This document shows positions 63,436 through 64,000 of a stretch of DNA of 64,000 bases, in pieces (the stretch's first letter is position 1; every line of letters begins with the position of its first letter). The DNA is taken from NCBI GenBank assembly GCA_002633005.1, contig NMRA01000026.1:346101-410100 (forward strand). The letters run 5' to 3'. The notes below the pieces were generated by a model, which was given only the letters and a program-made list of their open reading frames with translations, made no database searches and was not told the DNA's origin. This DNA comes from Phoronis australis (taxonomy: Eukaryota; Animalia; Phoronida). Position numbers and translations under genes: made by a program.

Positions 63436-64000
63436 CTTTTTATGCGTCCACATGCATGTGGTCGCATATTGCCGTCACCTCTGTCTGAGCGTCCGCGGCT
63501 GTATCTCCTAAACCCCTTGCAGGATCTTATTTAAATTTGGCAGGTATGTTCCTATGAGGTTAACGATACAAGGCGACAAGTTTTGGATCGACCCAAATAC
63601 CGTTGTGTCCCCTAGTGGCAATTTTAGTTTTTTATGTTCGCCTCTGTATCTTCAAAGGTACTCGACCGAATTTCTTGAAATTGGGCACATATACATCTAT
63701 TGATGAGTTGACGCTATCCTCTCATTTTCGGATGGATTCAAGTCATTTTGCGCCATGTAATGGCCATTTTTACTATTTTCGAGTCATTTTTTTGGCGTCC
63801 GCCCCTCTAACTACCAAACCACTCTAAGGATGATTGTGAAAATTGGCATGTATGTTCGTACTATGATGAAGACAGTTGACGAGGATTTTCCGATGACTTC
63901 GACTAGTGTGGCACCTCCTAGTGGCAGTTTTGTTTTTGCTCCCATGTCTGTATCTCCTAAACATTCTACAGGATCTTTATTAAATTTAGCAAATGTATTT
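63436..64000 (+). mobile_element. Helentron-associated (HINE/DINE-1-like) non-autonomous element running off the window end
   Basis: T-run, then palindrome ATGCGTCCACATGCATGTGGTCGCAT, a ctgtctgagcgtcc tract and internal repeats (tgtatctcctaaac at about 63500 and 63949; cctagtggca at about 63611 and 63917). Confidence 0.6.

Overview
This is animal genomic DNA with spliceosomal introns and many repeats; the PTB sequence looks protostome-type, and a lophotrochozoan origin is my inference. Two convergent protein-coding genes can be built by hand with consistent reading phases. (1) Minus strand, 57959 to 21207: a 15-coding-exon X11/Mint/LIN-10 (APBA family) adaptor of about 1091 aa, with a CASK-binding helix plus EPVWVMR, a PTB domain, two PDZ domains and a C-terminal PHYI tail. 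(2) Plus strand, 10907 to 17204: a 4-exon gene of about 837 aa that I cannot name. It appears to have two tandem divergent SKI/SNO/DAC-like domains, a PLDLS CtBP-type motif and a C-terminal coiled coil, and it is the best novelty candidate. The rest is mostly non-autonomous DNA transposons whose ends and target-site duplications (TSDs) are readable: a P-like element carrying a THAP mini-ORF, Kolobok-like TTAA elements, hAT-like MITEs with 5-bp TSDs, an Academ-like element, Harbinger- and Tc1/mariner-like MITEs and Helentron-like repeats. There is also a minimal Penelope-type hammerhead ribozyme motif in an APBA intron. Two tandem duplications joined by a single N are most likely haplotype assembly artefacts. 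All homology calls come from remembered motifs, not database searches.
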